A stretch of DNA of 35,252 bases, taken from positions 13,754,509 to 13,789,760 of the forward strand of contig JBOZIK010000001.1 of NCBI GenBank assembly GCA_051453625.1. Reading direction: 5' to 3'. The notes under the pieces are model-generated. The model saw only the letters and a list, made by a program, of their open reading frames with translations, did no database searches and had not been told where the DNA came from. This DNA is from Welwitschia mirabilis. Taxonomy: Eukaryota. Position 1 is the stretch's first letter. Each line of letters begins with the position of its first letter. The translations under genes and the position numbers were made by a program. This document shows positions 1 through 11,189 of this stretch, piece after piece.

Positions 1-231
1 GTAATTGATGTCAAAAGGGGAAGAAAACATGGTGTTATCAAAATTGTTTTAATTAAAAAATATTTTTTTCTTAAAAGAAAAGGCACCCTTTACTTAATAT
101 TGTTTGTATGAATTTATAAAAGGGGAAGCTTTTATTATGTTAATATGATTTATTAGATTGATGAAAGAACGAGCTTAAAAATGAAATATTTATTGGATCT
201 TAAAATCACTTATTTGTTTACTATCAATGTC

Positions 232-243
232 AAAGGGGGAGAT
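232..243 (+). other. Polypurine tract of the left SIRE-like element
   Basis: AAAGGGGGAGAT directly before the LTR start TATTAGG (decayed TGTTAGG); re-sequenced copy at about 476-487. Confidence 0.8.
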
Positions 244-2238
244 TATTAGGATTTCATATTATCAATTGGTGTTAAACTAATATGATCTTTGTAGAATGAA
301 ATGTAATTTTATAGATGCAAGAAACTAAAGGATCCNNNNNNNNNNNNNNNNNNNNNNNNNNNNNNNNNNNNNNNNNNNNNNNNNNNNNNNNNNNNNNNNN
401 NNNNNNNNNNNNNNNNNNNNNNNNNNNNNNNNNNNTTTGATCTTAAAATCACTTATTTGTTTACTATTAATGTCAAAGTGGGATATTATTAGGATTTCAT
501 ATTATCAATTGGTGTTAAACTAATAGGATCTTTGTAGAATGAAATGTAATTTTATAGATGCAAGAATCTAAAGGATTCATATCCAAAAGATAGCCAAGAC
601 TTAAACATTTTTTGATTTAAGTAACTTGATTTTCTATTCAAGGACTTAATGGAGAGGTTGATTAAACCTGAAAAACACATTTTGAGCTACCTTATATAGG
701 GCCGACTAGATTTTTATGGGGTTGAATAGACCTAGAAATGCATTTTTCAAGCTTCTCCATATGTACTATATCATATGGGATCGACTAAACTCATCTAAAG
801 TTGACTAGACCTGAACAAAATAAGTTGACTATATTTTAGATAAGGTGAATATACCAAGTAACATGATTTACTGTGGTCAATCACATGAGAAAGGGAAAAA
901 ATAGATCAAGTGATTTAAGGCAATTGGGTTGACCAGCTGTTTTGAGAAGTTAATTTGTTAGAGCAGAAGCAAAAATTTTCAAATAGTCTTCTAATTATTA
1001 TTTTACCAAATCGATCTTTTCAAATGTAAGATTCCTTTCCAACTATCTAATGACTATATTTTGAGGAAATATATTTAAAAATATCATAGTCAAAAACTCA
1101 AGAGTATATTAAATATATTTTGAAAAAAAAAAGGAGATTACACTCTTAATCTAAAGAGATTACCTTTGTAACATCATTGTTCTCTGACTTAGTACTTACT
1201 TTTATATTAAATTAGAGTAATAAGAATCCATTGTTAGTTCTTATATTTGAGTGACTTAGAGCATAAAGGCTTTATTTTCTCACTCATCATTATGCATTTT
1301 ATTGAGGTTGAGGCTTAGCCTATAAAAGTCCATTTTATGAAGGTTGAAACTTAGCCTACAAAAGTCTATTTTATGAAGGTTGAGACTTAGCCTGCAAAAG
1401 TTCAGTTTATGAAGGTTAATACTTANNNNNNNNNNNNNNNNNNNNNNNNNNNNNNNNNNNNNNNNNNNNNNNNNNNNNNNNNNNNNNNNNNNNNNNNNNN
1501 NNNNNNNNNNNNNNNNNNNNNNNNNTATGAAGGTTGAGAGTTATCCTGCAAAAGTTTATCTTATGAAGGTTGAGACTTAGCCTGCATAAGTATGCTTTAT
1601 GAAGGTTAAAAATTAGACTTGAGAACTTGGTAGATAGTGAAGTAATAGAATTTAGAGCAGTCTTATTTATTAGCTATCTTCTAAAAGTGGAGTAGGGTCT
1701 ATTCCAAATCACTATAAATCTTGTCTTGTGCATTTATTTTATTCTACTTTTAAGTTTATTTGTTTATTTGTTTTTATGTCATAATTTCTTTATTTGGTAG
1801 TAATAATTTTTTAAATTTTTTATAAGTTCTATTAACTCCCCCTCTATGATNNNNNNNNNNNNNNNNNNNNNNNNNNNNNNNNNNNNNNNNNNNNNNNNNN
1901 NNNNNNNNNNNNNNNNNNNNNNNNNNNNNNNNNNNNNNNNNNNNNNNNNNCTTAGCTTGCAAAAGTATGCTTTATGAAGGTTAAAAATTAGACTTAAGAA
2001 CTTGGTAGATAGTGAAGTAATAGAATTCAGAGCAGTCCTATTTATTAGCTATCTTCTAAAAGTGGAGTAGGGTCTATTCCAAATCACTATAAATCTTGTC
2101 TTGTGCATTTCTTTTATTCTACTTTTAAGTTTATTTGTTTATATGTTTTTATGTAATAATTTCTTTATTGGGTAGTAATAATTGTTTAAATTTTTTAGAA
2201 GTTCTATTCACTCCCCCTCTAGGATTCTCGATCTTACA
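244..2238 (+). repeat. 3' LTR of the left SIRE-like element (length inflated by three N gaps with duplicated flanks)
   Basis: Starts after the PPT and ends in CA with no PBS after it. Shares blocks with 33334-34467, e.g. GTG(G/A)AGTAGGG...TTCCAAATCACTAT(A/G)AATC and CTATTCAC(T)CCCCCTCTA. Confidence 0.82.
1301..1610 (+). repeat. 36-bp tandem repeat inside the SIRE LTR (consensus about ATGAAGGTTGAGACTTAGCCTGCAAAAGTYYRYTTT)
   Basis: ATGAAGGTT recurs at 1337, 1373, 1409 and, after the gap, 1527, 1563, 1599, with a period of 36. Copy number is uncertain because of the gap. Confidence 0.9.
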
Positions 2239-5200
2239 TCTTAGTCATAAGGTATCTAATCACTACATGGTCAGTTTAGACATTTATATAAAGACTTAAA
2301 AGATAGTTTCTAGGTGTACTAAGGTAAAATATTATTACTAAAATTTCTTTCTCAATAGTAGTGTAATTTATTTAAGCTTTAGATAAAGTTGTTCTTAATG
2401 AGATATAACCTTAAAATCATTTTTATATTTTTATGTAAGAACCCTATCCATGACAATATTACTAGCATCACACATTAACATAAAATCTTTATTCTAATTG
2501 GGTCTCCTTATAATAGGTGCAAAAGAGATTTTAAGTGTATGAAAAGAAAGTTGATAAGATTCATTTCAATCAAATTTAGGTTTTTTTTTTAAAGGAGTAA
2601 TGAGTGAAGGAATTTACAAATTTTAGCATTACCCTAAATGAAATAATAATAAAAATCACAATAACTAAGGAAAGATTGAATTTGTTTTATGTTTATTAAA
2701 AGAGTTAGGCTTTTAATAATGCTTACTTTTTCATAATTCATCCTAATTTATTTATCAGAAATGTGGTGACCTAATATAATTCTATTATCAACCAAAAAGA
2801 AACTCTTCTCCTAACTCAAATGTAGACCATTATTAATACATCTATCAAGGACATTTTTTAACCTTTCTAAGATTTATTCAAAGTTTTCACCATAGATTGA
2901 GAAGTCAACCATAAAACTTTCAATTAATTCCTCTAATAGATTAGAAAATTTACCCATAATTACATGTTAAAAAGTACTAGGAGCATTGTAAAGACTAAAA
3001 GGCATTTGTCTAAAGGTAAAAATTCCAAAAGATGAAGTAAAAGTAGTTTTAGCCTAACCCTCACTATTAATACAAACATGATTGTAACTCCTATACCCAT
3101 CAAAAAAGCAATAAAAGGCATGTTATTAAATTCTATTAGGTATCTAGTCAAGGAAAGGTCAAGGACAATGGTCTTTCTTAGTTACTTATTTTAACTTTCT
3201 AAAATCAATACACATTCTTCACTTCCCACGTTTCTTACATACTAGCATTAAAGGGCTAATCCACTCACTATTCGATATGTAATAAATAATTCTAGCATCT
3301 ATTAATTTAATAATTTCATTTTTTATGACTTGTTTAAGTGTTGAATTTAGTCTACATTAGGGTTATCTCATAGGTTTTGCATTATACTCAAGGTAGATTT
3401 TGTGTTAAATAATGAAGGTAGGAATGGTTGTTAAATCTTTGTAGGCCCAAGTAAACACATTAATCTTAGATTTTAAAAGTGAGATTAAAATTAACTCTTA
3501 TCAAGGAAAAGATTCTTATTTATTATTAAAGACTTTTTCTGATCATTACATAGAAAGATATATTTCAATCCATTAATTAAAGATTTTAGATTTAGATTTA
3601 AATTTTTATTTTTTTTTCTAAATTCTTATCAAAATTGACTGTTATCTTAGACTCTCATCTAGATGATTGGGATGAACAACCTTCCTCAAAATAAGAAATC
3701 TTAGTTTTATTTAGATTTTGAATGTCTACATAATTTATAGTATTAGTCTTTCTACTCTCTTAATCAAGAAAGTCAGTGCCTAAATGCTTATAGTTGTGTT
3801 GACCATCATTAAAAGCTTTTAAGTTTTTTACTTTAAGTGGATAATCAAATAAGGTAGGCTCATAAAGAATTAACCATCGTTCTTTAAGTGGACAATGCTA
3901 TAAAAATAGATTTGTTTAATTTATTCTTCAATATTCAACTCATCACCTAAATTTATTTTAGTAGCATCAAAAACTCTAATGGTAAACTTTTTATTTTCTA
4001 AGTGACATTCCATTATTCTAGTTCTAGTGTCGATAATACAATGGGCTATTATACAAAAAGCTCTATCTAAAAGTAGCAGATAATCTTCATTATGCTTAAC
4101 TTCAATCACAACCACATCTATCAGATAGAATGCTTCTTTAATTTGAACTATTAAATATTTGATTACTTCTAAAGATTTCTTCATTGATGTATCTGCTAAT
4201 TCTAAAACAATCCTTGTAGGCTCAATTATACTTTCCAAACCAAGTTGTTAACAAATGTATAAAGGGATAATGTTAACACTCACTTCTATATTGATTAAGG
4301 CTTTCTTTATTCTTTTTTCCCCTTCTGATGTGATACTAACTATTACTACCTTGGATCCTTAAACTTTGGACATTTTTATAAAACTAAGTTTGTTATAGAT
4401 TGGGCTAGGAAGACTTTACTAGGTATAGTTTATTTTTATCTCCTCCAAATTAGATCTTTTTACAACTTAGAATATTTGGGATTTTCTTGTAAAAATTTTA
4501 AAGATGGTAAATTTATGCTCACATTTTATGTTAAGACTTTAATATACTCATCAAAAGTAAGATTAACATTCAATCTATTAAGCTAAGGAATAACAGGTTT
4601 TTTACCTTTATCTTAAGAAGATTTTTTTTCTTATTATCACCTAAAGGAGAAGGAAAAGTATGAATTTTTAAGATTTTGATATCCTATTCTTCTTCATTAT
4701 TTTTATCATTTTAAAATTTTGAAGCCTCTTATATAGGAGGTTTTGTATCATTTTCACTTCTTGTCACAACCTTACAATCTTTTCTTACTTCACTAGAATT
4801 TGGTAAAGGTTGTATTACAAGTAATCCTTATGGTATTTTATTAGTAAGCATAGTTTATTGAAGAATATTAATAAGATTTTTAACATTTAAATTTGTTTTA
4901 TCTTAAGATTATCATAGCTCATCAATGAAATTTCTAAGTGGATCATTTTGGTTTTGTGAATTTGATGTGCTTACTTGATAATTTAAATTACTTGGTTGGA
5001 AGTTTGAGTTATTTGTTTGAAACTTAGCATTATTAAATCTATTTCTAAATGATTAAAAATTTGGATGATTTGCTTGAAAATTATTAGAATTATTTTTAAA
5101 AGATTAAAATTTTAGTTGTTCATTCATCTTATATTTAAATTAATTTTGATTTGAATTTTCATTTTGATTTTGATTTTGTGTTTAAAAGTTTTAAGACTTC

Positions 5201-6420
5201 TGATTGAATGCATATGACTCTTCAGAAATCATTTTCTTATAAGTAGGTAATAAAGGATAATCTTTTATTACATGGTAGTTGTCTTCACACAAATCACGAG
5301 TTAAAACCACAACCACTCTCTTTTCTATTGATACTTTTGATTTTAAGATCATTTAAGTGTATCATTTTAGTGTCGTAGTGAAATTCTTAATAACATTTGT
5401 TGGTTCTTTCTCTATTTTAACTTCCTCCTTTTCTTGTTTTACTTTTTTAAGATTTTTTATAATTTTTTCTACTATATAATTTTATTTAGGTGTTGATTTA
5501 GGCCAAGTTTGACTTATTTCTACAAGTTCTTATAATAATCTTCATGCATTTTCTAAAGTAAAATTCATCAAATTTCCTTTACATGAAAAATCTACAACTT
5601 GTTTGATTTGGCTATTAATTCCACTATAGAAATAGTCTACTAATTCTTCTTGAGTAAAATCTTCTATAGGATTAGAATGTATGGTATTGAAAAATCACTT
5701 ATAAGTGGATGCATAATCTTTATTAGGTTATTGTTAGAATTCTGTTACTTNNNNNNNNNNNNNNNNNNNNNNNNNNNNNNNNNNNNNNNNNNNNNNNNNN
5801 NNNNNNNNNNNNNNNNNNNNNNNNNNNNNNNNNNNNNNNNNNNNNNNNNNTTATAAGTGGATGCATAATCTTGATTAGGTTATTGTTAGAATTTTGTTAC
5901 TTCTTTATTTCTTTTTATTATGGGTGTTTCACTTGTAAATCTCTATATAAATGCATCTTAAGCAAATTTTTTAAACTTTTATGTGGAATACTTCTTAACC
6001 ATAGTTTATATTTTTTCTCTTAGTACAATTACTAATTCATTTTTTACCATTTATAGAAGTAAGCACTAATTGTTCAATATCGGCTATGNNNNNNNNNNNN
6101 NNNNNNNNNNNNNNNNNNNNNNNNNNNNNNNNNNNNNNNNNNNNNNNNNNNNNNNNNNNNNNNNNNNNNNNNNNNNNNNNNNNNNNNNGATATTGGCTAT
6201 ATGTTGAAAGGGATCTTTATTATTTTCTCCATTAAAAATAGGATAAGAATTTAAATTTCTTAACTCAACATTTTCACTAAGAGAAAAGTCAAAATGATTT
6301 TGGATTTTATATTTCTTATTTGCAATAAGTTCTTTAAGAATTACATTAACATTAGGATTTATGAGGATAGTTGTAGATTCCAATAATAATAGAGGGATTA
6401 GGCGAAGTAACCTATTTCTA
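2239..6420 (-). pseudogene. Degenerate gag-pol of Athila-like element 1
   Basis: Minus-strand translation with stops and frameshifts: gag YPIFNGENNKDPFQHI (about 6200-6245); zinc-knuckle remnant DLCEDNYHVIKDYP (about 5255-5300); protease KALINIEVSVNIIP...EPTRIVLELADTSMKK (about 4175-4305); RT WISPLMLVCRKRGK*RMCIDFRKL, MPFSLYNAPSTF, FMVDFSIYG; RNase H TDHVVIRYLMTK ending at 2239. Confidence 0.92.
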
Positions 6421-7008
6421 TTTTTATGACAAATTTGAAATTGTAATAAAATGACATTCTTTGAAACTATCTTTTGAAGAATTTTCTTTTAGAAATTAAA
6501 TTCTAAAATAATAAATGTAGAAAAATCTTCTTGTTTAACTCTTAAAATATTTCGCGTGTCTGGGATGTGCATACTTTGCCTTTTTATTAGAATTTACTAT
6601 ATTCCAGTAAGCATTATCTTAGTAGTCATTTAGAAAATGTACCTAGATGACAATAGACATAAAAGAGAAATGAAAACAAAAAAATGTAGTAAAAAAGAAT
6701 CACAAAATAACATAGAATAAAAATAGTCAGTCTTTAATTTAGTTGTTTAAATGACAAAGGAGATGATAAGAAAACCCTAGGTTATAAGAAAATTAAAAAA
6801 ACCTAAGTTTCATAAACTATCATCATCATGCAATATCTAGATGATAAGGAAGAAGACAGGATGTTTATTTTGAAATGCAAAATAAAAATCCCAGAAAGAA
6901 AAAACCTACATTCTACTATAATAATACAACACTACTATAGAAAAATACTTGAATCAAAATTAAAATCACTAACCTAAGCAATGATAATCCTTGAAATCTA
7001 AGTAGTCT

Positions 7009-7026
7009 TCTTTGACAATGGTGCTA
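7009..7026 (-). other. Decayed primer-binding site (Athila tRNA-Asp type) of element 1
   Basis: Minus strand TAGCACCATTGTCAAAGA versus the Athila-type TGGCGCCGTTGCCGGGGA: 11/18 match, all 7 mismatches are transitions; 3 nt from the LTR end. Confidence 0.7.
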
Positions 7027-7029
7027 AGA

Positions 7030-8395
7030 TGTTATAGCGCATGTTTATGAAAATGTTATATNNNNNNNNNNNNNNNNNNNNNNNNNNNNNNNNNNNNNNN
7101 NNNNNNNNNNNNNNNNNNNNNNNNNNNNNNNNNNNNNNNNNNNNNNNNNNNNNNNNNNNNNAGATGTTATTGTTCATGTTTATGCAAATGTTATGTCCTC
7201 AAATAGATTCTGTAAATTATAAATATATATAGATTTTGCATAACACAACACACTAATATAGATGGAAGTGGTCCAAAATGTCTTAATTCTATCAAAGGCA
7301 TATGTAAGAAGAAAAATAGTTGATTTTGAAAATAAAACACTATGTAACTGTAAAGTAGAACAAACTAATAATGCAAAATAACAATGCAAATGAACACATT
7401 ATGTAAATGAAATGCAAGTCCTCTTCTAAATGTATCTTCTATCTGATTACCAAATCAACCTATCATAGAGATCAGTCTTATATAATCTAGATCAATTAAG
7501 AAAAGTCATCACTAGACCAAAACCATTCTATACTATTAAGTATGTCAAATGAAGCATGTAAACAATAATAATGTCAACATTAACAAAAGTTGCTATTGTG
7601 ATCTATATCATCAAAGAAGCTATTACAGAATTAGAAGAAATATAAATCATAAGGAAGATGCACATAACAAAAATATATAAAAGAAAAATAGAGTTTCAAT
7701 TAAAAGTAAATCAACATCCATGTTATAAAGCAGCAGCAGCACCTCAATGAAGATTACATAGATCAATACCAAGGAAGACATCTCTTTACAACAATAATGA
7801 ATGGACCTCCTATCCTTCGATATCCTATCATGAGAATTTCCGATGCCAAAGAAGATGAAAACAGAGTTAAGGGTGAAGGATGTAGTTATTACAAAATAGA
7901 CTTCATTAGAAAGTAATAACAGATGTACTAATAACCCTAACAACCATGAAAGAAGATGTAAGCCACATGGCTAAAGTTTGAACAAGTTTGGTGAAGTGTT
8001 TATTTCAAGTATTATTCTTCTTGCTATCTAGACATCATAAGAGATGATGACATATCATATGGATTCTACATCAGTGATCAAATTAATCTAGTAAGCATCC
8101 TTCTTAGCTTAAATGTTTCTATCATCCCTATGGTTGTCCAAATGATTAGGTGAATGATGGGCTTTTATAAGTATTTATTATGTCGCATTATCCTACTTGA
8201 TTACAGAACTATTGCTTCAGATAAAAAGTATTATAAATTTCTTGAAATTATATCAAATGTAATGAAGATTGCATGTTTTTGTGATATTTTCTTTAGCTTT
8301 CTATTATCATTGAAACCCAACATAAAATTATCTAATGTCCTACAAAATTACTTAAAACACCCTATCAAATATAAAATTTATTAGCAAAACATTCA
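7030..8395 (-). repeat. 5' LTR of Athila-like element 1
   Basis: Plus strand starts TGTTATAGCG next to the PBS and ends ...TTAGCAAAACATTCA. Collinear with 14584-15677 and 29366-30988 (ACACTAATATAGATGG, CAAGGAAGACATCTCT, GATTGCATGTTTTTGT, TCCTACAAAA). Confidence 0.82.
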
Positions 8396-8579
8396 ATAAA
8401 CTAATTTAATTATCATATTCTTTGTTTTTTATTTAGTATTATCTTATTATTTGAAATATAATTACTTTGTAGAAATTTATTATACTATAATTATTATTTT
8501 AAGTGCTTTGTTTGCTGTAATAGCTATAATTAATAATATCATTTTTTGTAGTAAATCGTTCATAATTTATTTATTATCT

Positions 8580-8688
8580 TTAGTGGTTGAATTAGTGGTT
8601 ATATTAGTGCTTAAATTAGTGGTTTTGTTAGTGGGTAAAATTATTAGTCATATTAGTGGCTAAAACAATGGCTAAATTAGTGGTTATA
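8580..8688 (+). repeat. 12-bp minisatellite, about 9 units, consensus TTAGTGGYTAAA
   Basis: Units start at 8580, 8592, 8604, 8616, 8628, (8640), 8653, 8665, 8677. Confidence 0.88.
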
Positions 8689-8946
8689 TTAATATTATTT
8701 TCCTTATATAACCATTGCACTTTTCTTTATTTAACATGAAAGATTTTATTATGTGGTGGCTCATTTTAATTCTTTATTTTAAGAATTACATTTAGAAGAA
8801 TGATAAGCATTATTATTTATTATGATGAAATATTATGTGCCTAGTGGGCAATGTAATGATTTAAGGTTATGGAATTGTTACCACTTTCTTCTCATAATGG
8901 TGTCTCTTCATATTCTTATGTCTATTCATATCCTCATATCCCCTTA

Positions 8947-8955
8947 CTATAAATA
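8947..8955 (+). promoter_or_regulatory. Candidate LTR TATA box
   Basis: CTATAAATA followed by a pyrimidine-rich tract, as at plant LTR U3/R junctions. Confidence 0.45.
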
Positions 8956-9419
8956 AGACTTTCTTCTTCTTGTATTTTCATATCTTTGAGAAATACTTTA
9001 TTATTGAATCTTAATGACTTCAAACTTGGAGCTTGGAAAACCTTAGAGCTTTGGAATCTTAAAAGATCCTTGAAGTCTTCAAAAATCACATTCTAATTCA
9101 AACATGGTTCCAATTAATTCTGCATTTTTGTATTGGTTATATTTTTATATGTATCTTTTTATACATTTCTATTTTTATTAATTTTCTTGTAGTCATCTTA
9201 AGGTTATTTAAATGTTTATGTTATCACTTCTTAATGAATTGTAATCTCGGTCATGAATTCTAGTTTCTATTATTTTCTTAAAAAAGTTTTAAGAAATTGA
9301 ATGAGAATGTATTACAAGTTATTTGTATGGTTGAGGATATATGCTTTTAGTGATATATTTACTCATACTTCTATTGATATCTTGGGTTCTTATAATCTTA
9401 TGAAAATAAGTATTTCATA

Positions 9420-9636
9420 CATCACCGAATGAGGCAATGAAATGTAAAAACTGATAAATCATTGAATGAGGTAGTGGAATTAATAAAACCATAGATCAAT
9501 AAATGAGGTAATGATCTTTATAGATAACCAAATGAAATAGTGAAGTAAGAGAATATATCAAATAAATATTATAAGAAATTGATAGATCATTAAATGAGGT
9601 AGTGGATCCCATAAATCATTGAATGAGGTAGTGGTA
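9420..9636 (+). repeat. Six interspersed copies of an approximately 25-bp motif ATARATCAYTGAATGAGGTAGTGGA inside the LTR
   Basis: Copies near 9421, 9454, 9491, 9520, 9582 and 9611; the same set is present inverted at about 13478-13695. Confidence 0.85.
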
Positions 9637-10445
9637 GGAATTGAAAACTAAATATATGAAAAATTTTAAAAAACCAGTTACGATCATATTATTTTTGTAA
9701 GATCCTCATTTCTTGGAAATTATTTATTCTTTTCTTATTTATCTTGAGACTTGAAATCTTTCAATCTTTATATTGCCTTACTTAGACCATACTGGAAGCT
9801 ATGAAATTTCCATGGTTCTCACTCCACATAGGTGAAAAAGCTAGAGCTTAATTACTGAGAAGGACATAGAGAATGGAGATTATAATTTCTAATTTATGTT
9901 AAGAAATTATTTTGGAGTAAAAATTGAAGTCCTTTTATGAATCTTTAATTTCTCAGTAATGTAATTATTGTGATCTTCAAAATACTTTTCAAATTGAATC
10001 ATGATATATTTTTGGTTATACTTTTTTGAAATTATAATAGTAGATGTAAAAAATTTCATTTCTTATTAAAAATCTCTATATTTTTATTATTGATGTGATA
10101 AATTTTATATTTTCTTATTAAAAACTTCTATATTTAGTTTGTAGAATCTTTACTATAACTTGTTAGAATAATGTTTAAAGATAATTAATTTTATAGAATT
10201 ATTACTCTTTCATAATTTTAATATAATTATTAGTAATTACTTTGAATTAATCATTATTTCATCATATCTTGTAATAGGTTATTTTTATTTCTTTATGAAA
10301 AGATGAAATATTTAAGTATTATGGAGGAGATGACTATATTAAAAAGAGTTATTAATAAAAGAAAAAGTTAAAATTACTTAAGTAAGATGAACCACATGTG
10401 ATTTATTTTATATAATTTAAACCTTTAGATTATAAGAAGATGGAT

Positions 10446-10720
10446 GTTACAATTTGATGTTAGAGCATAACTTGAAGTTTTGGGTTGTAAAAAGTTGGGT
10501 GTTACATTTTGGTATCAGAGTAGGAATAAGTTTTTCACTATAGAATTTTAAACATTACATTTTAGTATTAGAGCCTCGGTTATGATCTCAATGGGAATAA
10601 TTATGGTGAATCCATTATACATCAGAGCAATAGGTTGTGATTTCATTGGGAATAATTTGTTGTAAAGCTATTATACATTTCAACATTAGAGCCTAGGTTA
10701 TGATTTCACTAGGCATAATA
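10446..10720 (+). repeat. Array of five [TACA + tRNA-iMet PBS] units, period 53-64 bp
   Basis: PBS-like motifs TGATGTTAGAGC (10455-66), TGGTATCAGAGT (10510-21), TAGTATTAGAGC (10563-74), ATCAGAGC (10621-28) and CAACATTAGAGC (10681-92), each preceded by (T/A)TACA. Confidence 0.85.
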
Positions 10721-11189
10721 ATTATTAAGTTATCATAAGTTTTAAACCTAGAGTCTACATTATGGTAGCAGTTAAATAAAACAATTAAAAAAATTATAAA
10801 CAATTAAGTTAAAACGCAAACCATATTTAAATCAAAAAAATTAATGAATTTAAAAATGTGATGTTTGAACAAGTACTGTGTTGAACAATAGCATTATCTG
10901 AAGTAATTTGAAGAGATAATGTAACTTTTGACTTATAGTTTTAATCAGAAGACTCAAGTTCTATAATTTCCAAGACAAAACAAAGTAATTAACAAAAACA
11001 ACCTATACTACATTACATTTTGACTAATAAAAAAGGGGGGAAAATATGATATTAATAAGTAAAAATTAAAAGACACCCACTTAAATGCAAAAGCAAAACA
11101 TTTTTATTAAAGTTAAAAGATTTTTAATTCATTGAGTTTAAAAATGACTAAAATGATGATAATAGCTCTAGCTAATACTATGACAAAAT

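Larger units (their letters stand above)
1..2238 (+). mobile_element. 3' end of a Sirevirus/SIRE-like Ty1/copia LTR retrotransposon (3' UTR with multiple PPT-like motifs plus 3' LTR)
   Basis: Repeated AAAGGGG(G/A)AG motifs at about 13-24, 118-128 and 232-242. The LTR ends CTATTCACTCCCCCTCTAGGATTCTCGATCTTACA (2238), homologous to the PBS-adjacent LTR end at 34435-34467, which is followed by a copia gag. Confidence 0.85.
2239..8395 (-). mobile_element. Athila-like Ty3/gypsy element 1, 5' portion (5' LTR, PBS, gag, protease, RT, part of RNase H), interrupted at 2239 by the SIRE insertion
   Basis: Domain order gag-PR-RT-RH on the minus strand, decayed tRNA-Asp-type PBS, LTR homologous to those of element 2. 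Confidence 0.9.
8516..10559 (+). mobile_element. Long LTR of a third retrotransposon family (Met PBS, TTACA ends; possibly Tekay/Del-like), left boundary uncertain
   Basis: TATA-like CTATAAATA at 8947, internal tandem motifs, TTACA ends followed by TGGTATCAGAGC-like PBS motifs. 9350-10555 is homologous to the inverted copy at 12053-13759. Candidate start TGTAATAGC at 8516. No coding domain seen, so lineage is tentative. Confidence 0.65.

Noticed and set aside
2239-6420. Fungal RIP as the cause of the transition load
   Set aside because: The elements belong to plant lineages (Athila, SIRE), and the reciprocal CG-to-TG/CA pattern fits methylcytosine deamination.
6930-6945. CACTACTATA motif here and at about 29268
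   Set aside because: These are homologous positions in the two Athila 5' leaders, in the same orientation, so not CACTA termini.
8542-8553. TTTTTTGTAGTA as a decayed CACTA terminal repeat, with the 12-bp array as subterminal repeats
   Set aside because: No partner TIR or transposase is seen, and the array lies on the outer side of the putative end.
10446-10720. CRISPR-like repeat-spacer look of the PBS array
   Set aside because: The repeat is an LTR end plus tRNA-iMet PBS, the last three spacers are homologous to each other, the context is eukaryotic and there are no cas genes.
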